From assembly GCA_021613535.1 (NCBI GenBank), contig CP075494.1:10354001-10418000 (forward strand): a DNA stretch of 64,000 bases, given 5' to 3'. Positions 1 to 11,991 of this stretch are shown here, piece by piece. This stretch comes from Adineta vaga (lineage: Eukaryota; Animalia; Rotifera). Positions within the stretch are counted from its first letter, which is position 1, and each line of letters begins with the position of its first letter. A program made the translations under genes and the position numbers. A model generated the notes under the pieces. That model had not been told where the DNA came from. It saw only the letters and a list, made by a program, of their open reading frames with translations, and searched no databases.

Positions 1-657
1 ATTCTTATGGCATGGGCATCATTTGAAAGACATATCTTAATATTTCATGAACAGACGATAACAACTAGAAAAAAACGATTTTTTGTTCATTATTTACCAG
101 TTACCTTAATTATTTGCTATTGTCTTCTTTATTATCTAGTAGTTATGGCCTTTCCACCTTGTGAAAATGTATACAATTATGATGAAATATGGTGTTCATC
201 ATCATGCTTATATAAAAATAAGATCTTAATTATGTTCGATACTTTATATAATGACATCTTAGCTACGTTACTTGTTGCATTCTTCAGTTTGTCATTAATT
301 ATTCGAGTTATCTGGCATCATCATGTTCGATTTGGTCGACAAGCTCGATGGCGAAAACATCGGAAAATTATCGTTATACTTCTATCAATATCTCTGATTT
401 ATCTCCTTTTCAATTTACCAATGATGATCTTAGAACTAGCAGCATTTTTTGGTTTATCTGAAAATACAGTAGACCAACTGGAGCCTTATTTTGAATTTCT
501 AAATTATTTTATTTTTATCATTTATCCATTCATTTGTTTGAGTACTACGACTTTCGCAAAAATCTGTAATCGACGGCAACGACGAGTGATTGCTCCTGTA
601 GTATTAACAGTAGTAGGATCACGCCCGAAATGTCAACGCCCATTTGTTCAAGAATAA
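1..657 (+). CDS. Orphan rhodopsin-like (class A) GPCR, 3' part (TM3-TM7); 5' end lies outside the window
   Basis: Frame is open from base 1. ILMAWASFERH is a DRY-like ERH motif ending TM3, followed by hydrophobic helices, TM6 'FNLP' and TM7 'YPFIC'. Confidence 0.8.
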   Translation: MLMAWASFERHILIFHEQTITTRKKRFFVHYLPVTLIICYCLLYYLVVMAFPPCENVYNYDEIWCSSSCLYKNKILIMFDTLYNDILATLLVAFFSLSLIIRVIWHHHVRFGRQARWRKHRKIIVILLSISLIYLLFNLPMMILELAAFFGLSENTVDQLEPYFEFLNYFIFIIYPFICLSTTTFAKICNRRQRRVIAPVVLTVVGSRPKCQRPFVQE

Positions 658-1878
658 TATGGAAAGTATGAGAATAACAATTAGAAACAATATTAATTAT
701 CGTTCTTTAACATTTTAAAAATAAACATATTCACATACATAATGAAATATTGAAATAATTCCTTATCAGAGATCAGCAGAATACCCTGATTATGACTAAA
801 CTGTACTTGACAATATTGAACATATAGAGACAGTAGTTCTTTCAAAAGATTTTTCATAAGTTAGCAAAATATGTATCAAGAATGTTTATCAAAAATAATA
901 ACACAGATCAATTTTAAAATCACTTTCTGACGAAAAAAAGCTCGTGTACTTGTTGATTTCTATTTCTTGAATACGCATGTATACTTCGATGTTCTATCAC
1001 TTCAGCCAATAACTTGACTCACTAAAGATACATCATGCACTAGAAATGCGAAATTAAAAGAATCGTTATTTCATATGGTGAATATAATTTACATAGACCA
1101 CATAGTTTTCTCAGAACCATCTTGAGCATATGTATTCTTCTTAAAAGAAAATACTATCATTGATATTTATGCAACGATAAGAAAAAAAGTTATTTAAATG
1201 ATCTTATAAACAGTTACTCATTCGCATCCTTGATCACGAGCAAAAATAACACAGAAATGAACTCTGTATATCTAGATCTGGATTAATGCACTTTATATTA
1301 GAGAAAGGTGAACTTTCATATTGATATATGTCATCGTTAAACATTTTTACTAACAAAGATGATCTTTTCAAATGAATTAAAGATTAATTAAACATGAAAT
1401 TTATGACGATGATTGATCGTTTTTACAGAAATCTATCGCAATCTTTCTTTCCATAAAGACGACTTCGATTTTGTCTAAAAGTAATAATACATCAGTAGGA
1501 AACTCATAGTTTAATATTTAATAATTTAATTATTCAAGCATACTAATGCGATAGACTTTTAAATTAAATAAACTTCATTACATTATAAACAAGCGTTAAA
1601 TCTCCTACTGAGAGTATTTAGATAAACGACCTTGTTCATGATAGTCAAATGAATCTCTGACACGGAAATTGAAGCAACAATCTAATGAATTATCAAATGT
1701 ATGTTTGTATCAAATGAGAGGATGTCGTGTTTTGAATAGCATTAGTATAGCTTCGTTGTTAGTCAAACTATCGTAATCCTAGACAGGAAAAACGAGAGAA
1801 TAGAAATGTAGGGAGAAAAAGAAGATAAAAAGAAAGTGTAAGTCAGAAAATACTACAAATCTTTCTTTACATCGGATT

Positions 1879-2535
1879 ATGATGGATGAACACATTGATG
1901 ATAATCAAATCAAAACTGATCTTCGGTATCGTTTCGAATATCTATCAAAATTTCTTAATTTTACTCCCAATGATATAACAATGTTAAATTCATTAGCACC
2001 CCATGTATTTCCACGTATTCCGGTTATCGCTGACACAGTGTATCGAAAATTATTCTCCTTCGATATAACAAAACATTATTTTCTTGTTCGAAATCAAGGT
2101 TTTGAAAAATTTGCTGCAGTCAAAGAACCTCAAGTTACATTAGATTGTGCTCAAATGACTTTTCGAAAAGATATGTTAAGTATGTATCTAAAACGTGTTT
2201 TAACACAAGGCGATTGGAATGATGCATTTCTTCAATATTTATCTCAAGTTGGTAAAATACATACGAATCAAGCTGGTTCATCATCTATCAATGTGGATTA
2301 TATTCATATCAATGCATTGTTAGGTTTTTTAGAACATATTCTTATTGATATTCTTTGGACAATTGACACTATTGATAGTCAAACGAAACATGATATGATT
2401 ACAGCAGTTAATAAATTATTTTGGATACAAAATGATTTTTTTACCATGCATTATCTAATGACGATTAAAGATCTTTCATCGACATCACATGTTACTGTTA
2501 AAGAACCGACATGTTGTTTTAGATTTAATCTTTAA
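1879..2535 (+). CDS. Protoglobin-like single-domain globin (bacterial/fungal type), paralog A, intronless
   Basis: Motifs 'LRYRFEYLSKFLNF', 'VYRKLFSFDITKHYF', 'YLSQVGKIH' (likely proximal His) and 'NKLFWIQNDFFTMHY' match, from recall, the protoglobin-domain family of bacteria and fungi. Confidence 0.85.
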   Translation: MMDEHIDDNQIKTDLRYRFEYLSKFLNFTPNDITMLNSLAPHVFPRIPVIADTVYRKLFSFDITKHYFLVRNQGFEKFAAVKEPQVTLDCAQMTFRKDMLSMYLKRVLTQGDWNDAFLQYLSQVGKIHTNQAGSSSINVDYIHINALLGFLEHILIDILWTIDTIDSQTKHDMITAVNKLFWIQNDFFTMHYLMTIKDLSSTSHVTVKEPTCCFRFNL

Positions 2536-3540
2536 TAGATTGTATGTATGTCTTCAAAATTTATTGATTAAAATCGTGCAAAAAAAACATAAATTTTTCG
2601 TTTCATCTTCAACATAAGTCTACTGATAGATTAGTCAATGGCATATAAACGAGACATTCTAGCCGAAAAAATCAGTTAAAATATAGTTGTGTTGTATTTC
2701 AACGAGCTTTATCAAAAACCTTTATGTATTCTTTTTAGAAATCATCAACGAAGAAAAAAATGAATAGGATGTCATTCATTGTACATTTACAAGTATAATC
2801 TGGAAAAATGTAGACATGTCTTTTGTTCTCGAATTAATCATGTTAAGATATAAAAGGTAATAAAAAGATCGAGGATATAAAACACTGTATTTAGAAAATA
2901 AAAAACTTCATCGATGAATACTCAAATTTCTAATAGGCATGTCAACAACAGATGATCTCAATGAATATAACAGTAATTAAAAAAAACCTATTCAAGTGCT
3001 TTTTAATGTAGCACTTCGTATTTCTTACAATGACGTATGATAATTATAATCTTTGGATTTTTATAGAATAATACACAATAGAAATTCAAAAGTCATGTGT
3101 TCCTAACATATTCTTTTCTGATCGAAATATTTAATCTAATTCCATCTGGCAAGCTTTATAGTCTGACATAGAATTTAATTCGATTAGATTAACTTGTTCT
3201 CTTTGTTTCTAAATCAAGTTATTCGAAGTCAATGGTAAAAAACAACAAAAACTATTCATTTCTAAATGATTATCGTAACACATCAGTCATTTCAAAAGAA
3301 AAATAAAGCACAATTAAAAATGACTAATATGACGTATTTCGTTTTAATTCAAGGATTTGTCCTTCATCATGTTTAATCTATTGAGAGAAAAAAAGAGTCA
3401 GTTTACTGTCATTACACGCACCCTATTCAATAGAAAAATGTCTAATAACTAGTGACATTTTACCGTATCTATCATGCAAGCTTTCATTGTGAAATATCCG
3501 GAGAGAATCTTTAAATATACGCTCTAATGATACTATTTTC

Positions 3541-3541
<1 letters not shown>

Positions 3542-3577
<36 letters not shown>
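3542..3577 (+). repeat. (ATC)12 microsatellite
   Basis: Perfect atc repeat read directly from the sequence. Confidence 0.95.
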
Positions 3578-4378
3578 TGAAATGCACGATACTTTGGAAA
3601 GATTACTTATATAAACAAATTTGCAGCCCTGCATAGAGATATATCTCTCGAGTTAGTTGTTCATTTACTGAAAAGAAAACAGATTAGTTTCTTTCTACTA
3701 TCATCAGGTACTTCAACCCTTGCTTGTGAAACGATAATAACAGCACTGCTTGAATGTCAAATACATTGTCGACAGTCTTTCTCTGCTATTCAATCAATCA
3801 GCATTGAGATAATATTATTTTGTGTATTTAAAACTTTATTATAATGCAATTAATACCATAAATAGAACTATTCATTTTCTTTCTTCGTCAAAGAAATTTC
3901 CATCTAATCACTCGAGACATTGTCATAAACTATAATATATCATTCTATATTTTTTCCTGCACTATCATAAAACTGAGTTATTTTCATAATTCAAATGAGA
4001 AGAAAAATCAATAATGAATGATTACTCTTCGAAGGATTTCTATCTACAATTTTGTTTTTTTTCCTATTCAATTTGATGTATCGCTTTATCACATATTTTT
4101 TTCCTTAGTAGAATATAATAAAATTTTTCTCACATGATCGATATATTTTCATCTGGCAATCCTCTAGCACTACATTAGTTGTGTATCCTTGCTAATAATG
4201 AGTATCAAGTTCTTTATAGAAATATAGTATTATTATTTCTTTTCTCATTCTTTTTCTTCTATTCTATCTATACTACCAGCGGCAAGGAGAAAAGAATGTT
4301 TCCGCTACGAGAAAATCTTCAAACGATGAAAACTAGACGAAAAAAAGCAATTCATTCTATATTTTTCTTTCTATACTG

Positions 4379-5032
4379 ATGACGGAACACATTGACAACG
4401 ATCAATTGAACAGCAATCTTCGTTATCGTTTCGAATATCTATCAAAATTTCTTAATTTTACTCTCAGTGATATCGCTTTACTCAATAAATTTGCACTTCT
4501 GCTCGTTCCACGCATTCCCGTTGTTGCTGACACTGTCTACAGGAAACTACTTTCATTCGATATAACAAAACAATTTTTCCTTGTTCGTAACGATGGATTT
4601 GATGGTCATGTAGTCAAAAAAGATACGAAATTAACATTAGATTGTGCTCAGATGACTTTTCGAAAAGATATGTTAAGTATGTATCTGAAACGTCTTCTAA
4701 CACAAAAGGAATGGAATGATACATTTCTTCAATATTTATCTCAAGTTGGTAAAATGCATACGAATCAAGCTGGTTCATCATCTATCAATGTGGATTATAT
4801 TCATATCAATGCATTACTAGGATTTTTAGAACATATTCTTATTGATATTCTTTGGACCATTGATAGTATTGATAATCAAACAAAACATGATATGATTACA
4901 GCAGTTAATAAATTATTTTGGATACAAAATGATTTTTTTACCATGCATTATTTGAAAACATGGCATGGAGATGAATCTACAACGGCAAAAGAATCACCGT
5001 CGACGAATAAGAACAAATACTGTTGTTTATAG
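4379..5032 (+). CDS. Protoglobin-like globin, tandem paralog B, intronless
   Basis: Collinear with and highly similar to 1879-2535; same 'VGKMH' and 'NKLFWIQNDFF' motifs. Confidence 0.85.
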   Translation: MTEHIDNDQLNSNLRYRFEYLSKFLNFTLSDIALLNKFALLLVPRIPVVADTVYRKLLSFDITKQFFLVRNDGFDGHVVKKDTKLTLDCAQMTFRKDMLSMYLKRLLTQKEWNDTFLQYLSQVGKMHTNQAGSSSINVDYIHINALLGFLEHILIDILWTIDSIDNQTKHDMITAVNKLFWIQNDFFTMHYLKTWHGDESTTAKESPSTNKNKYCCL

Positions 5033-5588
5033 AAGTTGATTCAATTTTTCTGAAAAATTTACATAAAAAAAAATGAAGAAAGAAACTATAAATAAATTAT
5101 GATTGTGATTGTCGTCTGAAATTGAGAATTATTTTTAGTCGGAGAGAAAAAAAAGAGTTTTGCTTTGATGAACAAGACAAAATTTATTATTTCAACAATC
5201 AATCGAATGATCAGATGAAAACTTAGCAGTTTCAATAGTAATTTCGGACTTTGTCGTGTGCTGTGTGTTCTTTTAATTTAAAATATGTTAAATCAGCCGA
5301 CTTAATATGAATATATATTTCTTATTTCTATTTGAAAGTGATAAGTACCGTTATGTACTATGAGAGACAGTTTTATTGAGTTCAAAAACAAAATTGTCTT
5401 TCACATTTATACTTCTTTGATGATCGTTCCTCTTTGTTTTTTTCTCTACTATTCGGCTTCACTTATTTTATTAGTACATTCGCCTACGATTTCAAGCGAA
5501 GGAATGTATATATATATATACACAAACAAATGATTTCTTTCATTTTATATTCAAAGTAATAAGAATACGGTATTCTGAGACAATCATT

Positions 5589-6683
5589 ATGGAGCAAGAC
5601 ATCAATGATAATGAAGGTATGTAAATATATATTCGATTGAAAAGATGAATGATTTCAACATTGAAATCGATCTATTTGCTGAAGAGAAGGTATAAAATAT
5701 CATGTCGTTTCTTTTTCTTTTTGTTTTGTATAGGTTTTTCTGATAGTCAATCATTCTCGTTAACACGTCCTTCAAGTGCCGCTAGTTCAGATATGCCAAA
5801 AGTGAGTCTTCGATCACGTCGAAATAGTTTTCTTAAACGACAATCATCAACTATTGATGTTAATGATATATCTCCATTGGAAACGAAACATACACCAATC
5901 AAAGTGATCGTTGTTAATGGAAAATGTTCACAAATATTTAAATCAACATTAGAAGATTGTGTTGAAGATTGTATTTTAGAATATCCTGAAGAACAAAATT
6001 CTGTTTATGTATCGAAACCAGGACAAACAATACAAATACCAGTTGGTAATAATCGAAATCCAATTATTTCGATAAGAGAACAAAGTGCCAATGCGCGATC
6101 ATCGGCGAAATCAAATCGAAGACAAAATTCAATTAATCAATATACTTCACAACAATCAACAAGTAGTGCACGCAATATTGCAGCAAATAATTTTGCATTA
6201 CCATCCGTTGCTCTCGCAGCAACAACATCTGCACGTATACGTCATCAACTTGCTCAACAAAAATTTTCGGTAGTTGAAAATATAACTGAAGAACAATCAT
6301 TTATCGCACCAATTCCTGTCATACCAACAATTGAACAAATTGAAATATCACCTGATGAAACAATTTCACCGAGTCCAAATCCAGAAATCACGACTTTATC
6401 ATTACCTTCTTGTCGACGAAATAAAAGACAAATGTCATATCGTGAACGGCAAAAGGAGTATCTTCTTTCTGATTTAGTGATGCTTGGTCCTGAACATTTC
6501 GCTCATGTCTTCAATCTACCACGTTATCAATCACGATTACGTCCACGAAATGATAATCTATCAGAACTTGATCGAGTTAAACAGGATCTTTTTCATCGAT
6601 ATCTTTGGACACAAAATCCTCAAGTCTCATGTCGTATTCGTCCCCATACAACGGCTACACGTCGAACAACACTTGTTATCTAA
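5589..6683 (+). CDS. Hypothetical S/T/R-rich protein (2 exons: 5589-5616, 5734-6683)
   Basis: MEQDINDNE followed by G|GTATGT donor and TGTATAG acceptor joins in frame to the long ORF. No domain recognised. Confidence 0.65.
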
Positions 6684-7107
6684 TAGTGTAAATATTTTCT
6701 TGTGAGAAAAAAAATCAGTGAAATTTAATACAATTTGTTCTGCTCCAGATTTCATCTACATATGATTTTCTAATGAGAGCGGCTTGTATATACATCATAT
6801 GAAATAAAAATCAAAACGTCTGTGACGTCCTGCCGATAGACGACAAATGAGCTCGTTAAAACGGCTCGGCAGGAGAGTGTGAAACATTATCGGCATGCTT
6901 CAATGAAGTGAGTGAGTGAGTGAAGAGCAAATGATTATGCACACCAGAGAGAACGAGAGAGAGAGAGAGAGGGGAAAGAAAGAAAGGAAGAGAAAGTGAA
7001 CGAAGAGAAAAGGAGAACAATCATGTTCATTCATTTTACTTTCAATTGATCATACTCATTCATATAGACAATCGAAAAAGCATCCGTACATTCATTTCAT
7101 ATGTATA

Positions 7108-7431
7108 ATGCCAGAAGAAATCGAAAGTAGTAAACCGTAAGTTTGCGCAATGAAGAATTTTGTTGATCTTTTATGCTATTCTTTTTCCAGTCTTCTGTTA
7201 CCAATTGAAAGTCAAGATCAATTTGAATTTTTTATTGAAATAACTTCCACTCCCAAAGCAAAATTTACTCAACCAGCATCATCAACACCTGTCAAAAAAT
7301 CTTCATCATCATCTCATAGTAACAATAATCATAATAATACTCGGACTTCTGTTCGTTCCCGTCGAACATTAAAACGTACTTATTGTAAGAGTGCGATATT
7401 CTTTCGTCAATTAAAACGAACATTTTTGTAA
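7108..7431 (+). CDS. Small hypothetical protein of about 90 aa (exons 7108-7136, 7191-7431)
   Basis: MPEEIESSKP with a GTAAGT donor and TTTCCAG acceptor stays in frame. Contains STPK/STPVK motifs and a basic C-terminus. Confidence 0.5.
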
Positions 7432-8009
7432 ATATTTATTCGAAAACAAACCCGCAAAATGAGTGGAATGCAGTGCATATTTTTTTTCTTCATATTCAAA
7501 AATAAATCGTGAATGATATAATCTTTGATTGTGAGTTTCAATTTGATATAGATGTTCAACGATCGTAATCGATTGGCATCTAACTGTGAAGTAACTTCAA
7601 AAGAAAGTGATTAGATATTAAAATTACTTTCCTCTTTTTGTAATAAATAAATAAATAAATGATTCTTTCATTAAAGTGTAATTAGATGCAAATCGAATAG
7701 ACACTTTTCTTTTGAGTATATGATAAGTTTTTATATGGCGGAAATTTCAATGGATTTATTCATTTGGAAAGGCAATTGAGAACATTCACGAGGGACATGT
7801 GCAAGTACGAGAAATATGTCAAAACGAAAGAAGACTGATAAGTTTGAATTTTAAAAACAAATGAATAGAAAATTCTTCAAATCACACTACTCAATTACAA
7901 ATTTTATTCATTCAATAATAGAAAATAAATCACAGATTGCTTAAACATATTATTGCACGAGAGAAAGAAAGAAGAAAAATAATCATGACTGTTTTAATTC
8001 AATTGAAGT

Positions 8010-9352
8010 TCATATAGCAGCAAAACTTTTCGATGATGGTTGGGAAAATTTTCGTTTTACAATAAATATTACTGCAATAATTGCAACTATAGCTGGTAAA
8101 GCTAAACTAATAATTAATGCCACTGTTACGAATCCGGCTGTTGAATCAGGTTCAAGTAAATCAAGACCAGTTGTAAATTGAATAAATGAATAATTTGTTT
8201 TCGTAAAAAAACCTAAAATATAAAAAGGATAAAGCTCGTTTTTCTCTTCTTCTTCTTCTTTGAATTACCATCATTGGCTTGACCGAGTGAAATATTAAAT
8301 GCAGATGCATAATTAAATGGAACAGGAAAAATTGAATTGAAGATTCCTTGATCAATTGTTGTATTTAATGTAAAATTGTTTTTTATATCGTAGACTTGCA
8401 TTAACGTATTTTGTTCAATTGTTCGATCTTCACTTTGATAAACAACTGGTTTCCATAACATCGATGATGGATATAACGGACTAAGTGATCGTATTTGCCA
8501 GACCTTAAATATTCCTTAAAAAACGAGAAAAATTTTTGCTTTTGTTCATGTATAAAAATTGATTTTTACCAGGAGTATATTGATCATCAATGTAACTGGA
8601 TGAGAATATTCGTGAACCTTCGTGACCAAGCATGATTTCAAGTATTTCAAAAGCAAATCGTGTTTTGGATGAAGCGAAACTGTCAGCTTGAAAAGCAATA
8701 TTAAGAAAAATGCTCTTGGGTGCTGTTGTTAATTTCGGAAATTTACTATCACGTTTTATTGCACCGTCATAAACAATATCAACGGTTAATGATCCATTCA
8801 ACTAAAAGAAATGAAAAAAATATATCCTTTTACAAAAAATTAACTTTGAAACATTTCTCTTCGAACCATTTCTAATGGTAGTGTAAATCTTGGTTGTTCT
8901 GTGGGTTTCGTTACAAAAGTAATATTATCAGTTCTAATGTTTGTAATCCAATGTGAAGCAGTTATATTATCATTATCTTTTAAGTTACCATCATCATCAA
9001 CATCGATAAATTCAATAATACGCCGAAGAACAATGGATAGATAATTCCCGGGTTTCAAACCATCGAACGTAATAGCACCGCTATAATTCCTGGCGAATAA
9101 AGCTGGATAATTAATTGTTGCTTTTGCACCTTTTGGTGTTTCAAATATACTAATAGTTAATTCATCAAAGGATGAAAAGATTATATGAATACTACTATCA
9201 CCAACGGCATAGTTTGTATAGAATAAAGCTGTATTATTTGAATCTTTACATTCAGGTAAATCACATCCAGGATTGATTGTGAATGGTACGGAAGCATCGA
9301 TAATGTTTGGAAGAAGAAAACAAAAAGAAATTAGAATATAAAGAGAAGTCAT
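8010..9352 (-). CDS. GLMP: Glycosylated lysosomal membrane protein (GLMP/NCU-G1 family), multi-exon
   Basis: Signal peptide, 'INPGC...C', 'YIDDQYTPG', 'MLWKPVVY', 'FNISLG...DG', then a C-terminal TM helix (LPAIVAIIAVIFIV-KRK) and short tail ending SFAAI* at 8010. Confidence 0.85.
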
Positions 9353-9959
9353 GATGGAATAAATCTAAAATATGAGAAAGATCCAATCCTTGGTTTATTC
9401 AATAATGATAAACGTTCATTTTTAGCTTTTTATAATGGTTGTTTCTCTTAACAAGCATTAGATCAAACAAAATTGTCTCGAATAGTTTATGAGACCTATG
9501 TATAAATAGTCCATCACACATGGATTTTGAACATTCTATTCTTACCTGATTGAAGACTATTTGTATCAATGATAGTATTTCTTTAGATTCATTATTACAT
9601 TTAAATAGCAAGCAAATCATGAATAAATAATCAACTAGCTTTATTAATCAAAATATTAATTTTCGATAAAGCATTCTTATCATGTTTTCACATATTCTCT
9701 CACAGATTATAATGATAAAAAGATTAAAAATTTCAATTCAATTATCATATCTTGTTTGGCCGCGTCGGCTTCATGTCCATTTCGATAGACATCTCGTTCT
9801 ATGAATTAGTTTCCGATACCAGCATTGTTAGCAGTAATCACAATCATTTTTTCAAAGCATAGAAAATGAAAAGAAAATTTCATATCACATACAAAATCAA
9901 AAGAAACCGGATCATCACAGTAAACATTATCTAAAAGTATAAAAATAAACAGATCTTTT

Positions 9960-11099
9960 TTATTCATTATCAAGTTCAACAATAATCGGTTTTTCATCAT
10001 CGGGTTCATCATCAAAAGTCCATTTAAATGTTTCATTTAGAAATTGTTTCATTTTTTCTGCACGTTCAAGTAATTTTTCCGTATCACTACCTTCCATTTG
10101 GTCACTATCATTGAAAGCAGTTAAATTAACAAAGAAATTCTCCAAAGATTTGTATATATAATTTTCTTGTTGATCAATATCGACAAAGAAATGTTCACCA
10201 GTTGTTAATTCAGTTGAAAAATATTTCAATTGAAAATAAATCATTTGAAGAAAATCAATATAAACATTTGGCCAACGACGATATGCTTTTTGACAAGAAC
10301 AAATTAGACGAAATAAAGATTTCCATTGTTCAAATCCATCATATAAATGACCGAGAAAGAAAACAATGAAACTAAGTTGTAATTCACATAAAATTCCATG
10401 AATATTCGAATCAAATCGTTGGGCAATGATTTTTTCTAATTCATTTGTACGATCAAGTTTTGATTGAGTTAAATCTGAACCAGAACAAGCAATTGTTTTA
10501 TTCTCAATCGTAGTAAATCGAAAAGCAAATTCAGGATTCTCGATCATTTTTGGTAGACGAGATTCTGCTTCTGTTAAATTCTTTGGTATTGAATATTCTT
10601 CTGTCGTTTTCTTATGTTCATTTGGATTATAAACATTAGCAGAACAAATGTGACCGTTTGATGGAAGTAATTTTTGTAGAAAATCATAATTTAAATGATT
10701 AGATACCGATAACCATTGACGATAAGTATCGAGAGGATAAGATCCAAGTAAACGATCTAATTCATAGCGTTGACTACGACGATTTTCATATTCATCTGAA
10801 GTAAGATGTTCACGTTGAAAGAGATTTTCTTTCGGTGACCAACGCACGACAATTAACATTTGATTCGGTTGTTGAATATTAATGAAAAAACTTTGTCGTG
10901 AAGATAATTCTTTTGTTAAAGAATCCCGTTCACTGTAATAACAATAATGTATACCAGGTGGAATCATTTTAATGCCATGAAATTGTGAACCAATTTGCCA
11001 AAAGTACATATCAATACCAAATTCCATCTCTTTTGGAGCATCGAGAACAAGTAGAATACCACCGGATTCAAATAATTGACGAGCTGTATCAGAATTCAT
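9960..11099 (-). CDS. AAR2: AAR2 U5 snRNP assembly/splicing factor homolog, intronless
   Basis: 'ARQLFESGGILLVLDAP..EFGID', 'FHGIKMIPPGIH', 'ILCELQLSFIVF..GH.YDGFEQWK' and C-terminal 'DDEPDDEKPIIVE' are AAR2 motifs. Confidence 0.95.
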   Translation of the reverse strand: MNSDTARQLFESGGILLVLDAPKEMEFGIDMYFWQIGSQFHGIKMIPPGIHYCYYSERDSLTKELSSRQSFFINIQQPNQMLIVVRWSPKENLFQREHLTSDEYENRRSQRYELDRLLGSYPLDTYRQWLSVSNHLNYDFLQKLLPSNGHICSANVYNPNEHKKTTEEYSIPKNLTEAESRLPKMIENPEFAFRFTTIENKTIACSGSDLTQSKLDRTNELEKIIAQRFDSNIHGILCELQLSFIVFFLGHLYDGFEQWKSLFRLICSCQKAYRRWPNVYIDFLQMIYFQLKYFSTELTTGEHFFVDIDQQENYIYKSLENFFVNLTAFNDSDQMEGSDTEKLLERAEKMKQFLNETFKWTFDDEPDDEKPIIVELDNE

Positions 11100-11101
11100 A
11101 T

Positions 11102-11121
11102 CTGAAAAAGAAAAGAAAATC
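11102..11121 (-). promoter_or_regulatory. Unpaired 3' splice acceptor (candidate SL trans-splice site) 2 nt upstream of the AAR2 ATG
   Basis: Minus strand reads TTTTCTTTTCTTTTTCAG|AT-ATG inside the 33-nt spacer after the ALKBH7 stop. Confidence 0.55.
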
Positions 11122-11132
11122 TTGACAAAGAT

Positions 11133-11956
11133 CTAACCAGCAGAAGGATCAAGTGGCATATTTCTACACATAATCGATATCCGACGATTTCGTGGGATAT
11201 GATTATTATTAAAATAGGATTGTTCATTTTTGAGAATTTCATGTGTGAAATCAAATCGCGCGATGTTTCTAAAAACCCAAACAAGCGATATTTGAATAGA
11301 ACAAGATTTTCAACGAAAATTACTTTAAAATATAAAGTGATTTTGGTTTGAGAAGAATATCTACCATCATTGATTTATCATCTTTATGAACTAATCTCAT
11401 GACACTTGAGGAAAGAAATGATAAACCAACGATAGTTGTTCCACAATACTAAAAGAATTTAGATTAACATTTTATTGGAATGAAACTGAGATTGATTCTT
11501 ACTCGAACAGCATCAATATGTGGTTTGATATAACCATCTTTTGCTATATCAAGTACATGAACATGTACTAACGTTTGCGTAGGATCATCGAATGCAAATT
11601 CTCGAATACGAGAGAGAACTTGTTGATTTTCCGGTGACCAATCTGTTTTTTCAGCTTCACGATAACCATGAATAGCCTAGAATATGAATTCAAACGGTTC
11701 AATTCATTTAGATTCGATTCCAAAACCTACATACGTCATCCCAATGTGAGTATTCATAACGTTTACGTTTCATAAAACCATCGATTTCTTTCAGAAAATT
11801 GTTGTATTCATTATCAGTTAAATAATCATCAAAGATACGTAATGCATCCGATTGTTTTTGTAAAAGATCAGCTACTTTTTGAGAATTATAAAGAATATTT
11901 GACTGTGTTGAATAAAAACGAGGAAAATATTGTTTCAATAATCTACCGGTGATCAT
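11133..11956 (-). CDS. ALKBH7: AlkB homolog 7 (mitochondrial 2OG-Fe(II) dioxygenase), 4 exons
   Basis: Spliced product has a transit-like N-terminus (MITGRLLKQYFPRFYS), 'RKRYEYSHWDD|AIHGYRE', 'HVLD..DGYIKPHIDAVR|YCGTTIVGLSFLS' (HxD), 'RFDFTHEIL' and 'RNRRISIMCRN'; stop at 11133-11135. Confidence 0.95.
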
Positions 11957-11961
11957 TCTAT

Positions 11962-11991
11962 CTAAAACAATAACAATGATTATCATTTATT
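11962..11991 (-). promoter_or_regulatory. AATAAA overlapping the FSAF1 stop, plus an unpaired acceptor 5 nt upstream of the ALKBH7 ATG
   Basis: Minus strand: AATAAA at 11991-11986, then TTGTTATTGTTTTAG|ATAGA-ATG. Confidence 0.5.

Noticed and set aside
6900-7020. (GTGA)n and (GA)n tracts as a mobile element or telomeric repeat
   Set aside because: Short simple repeats in a promoter-like region, without terminal inverted repeats, target-site duplications or coding remnants.
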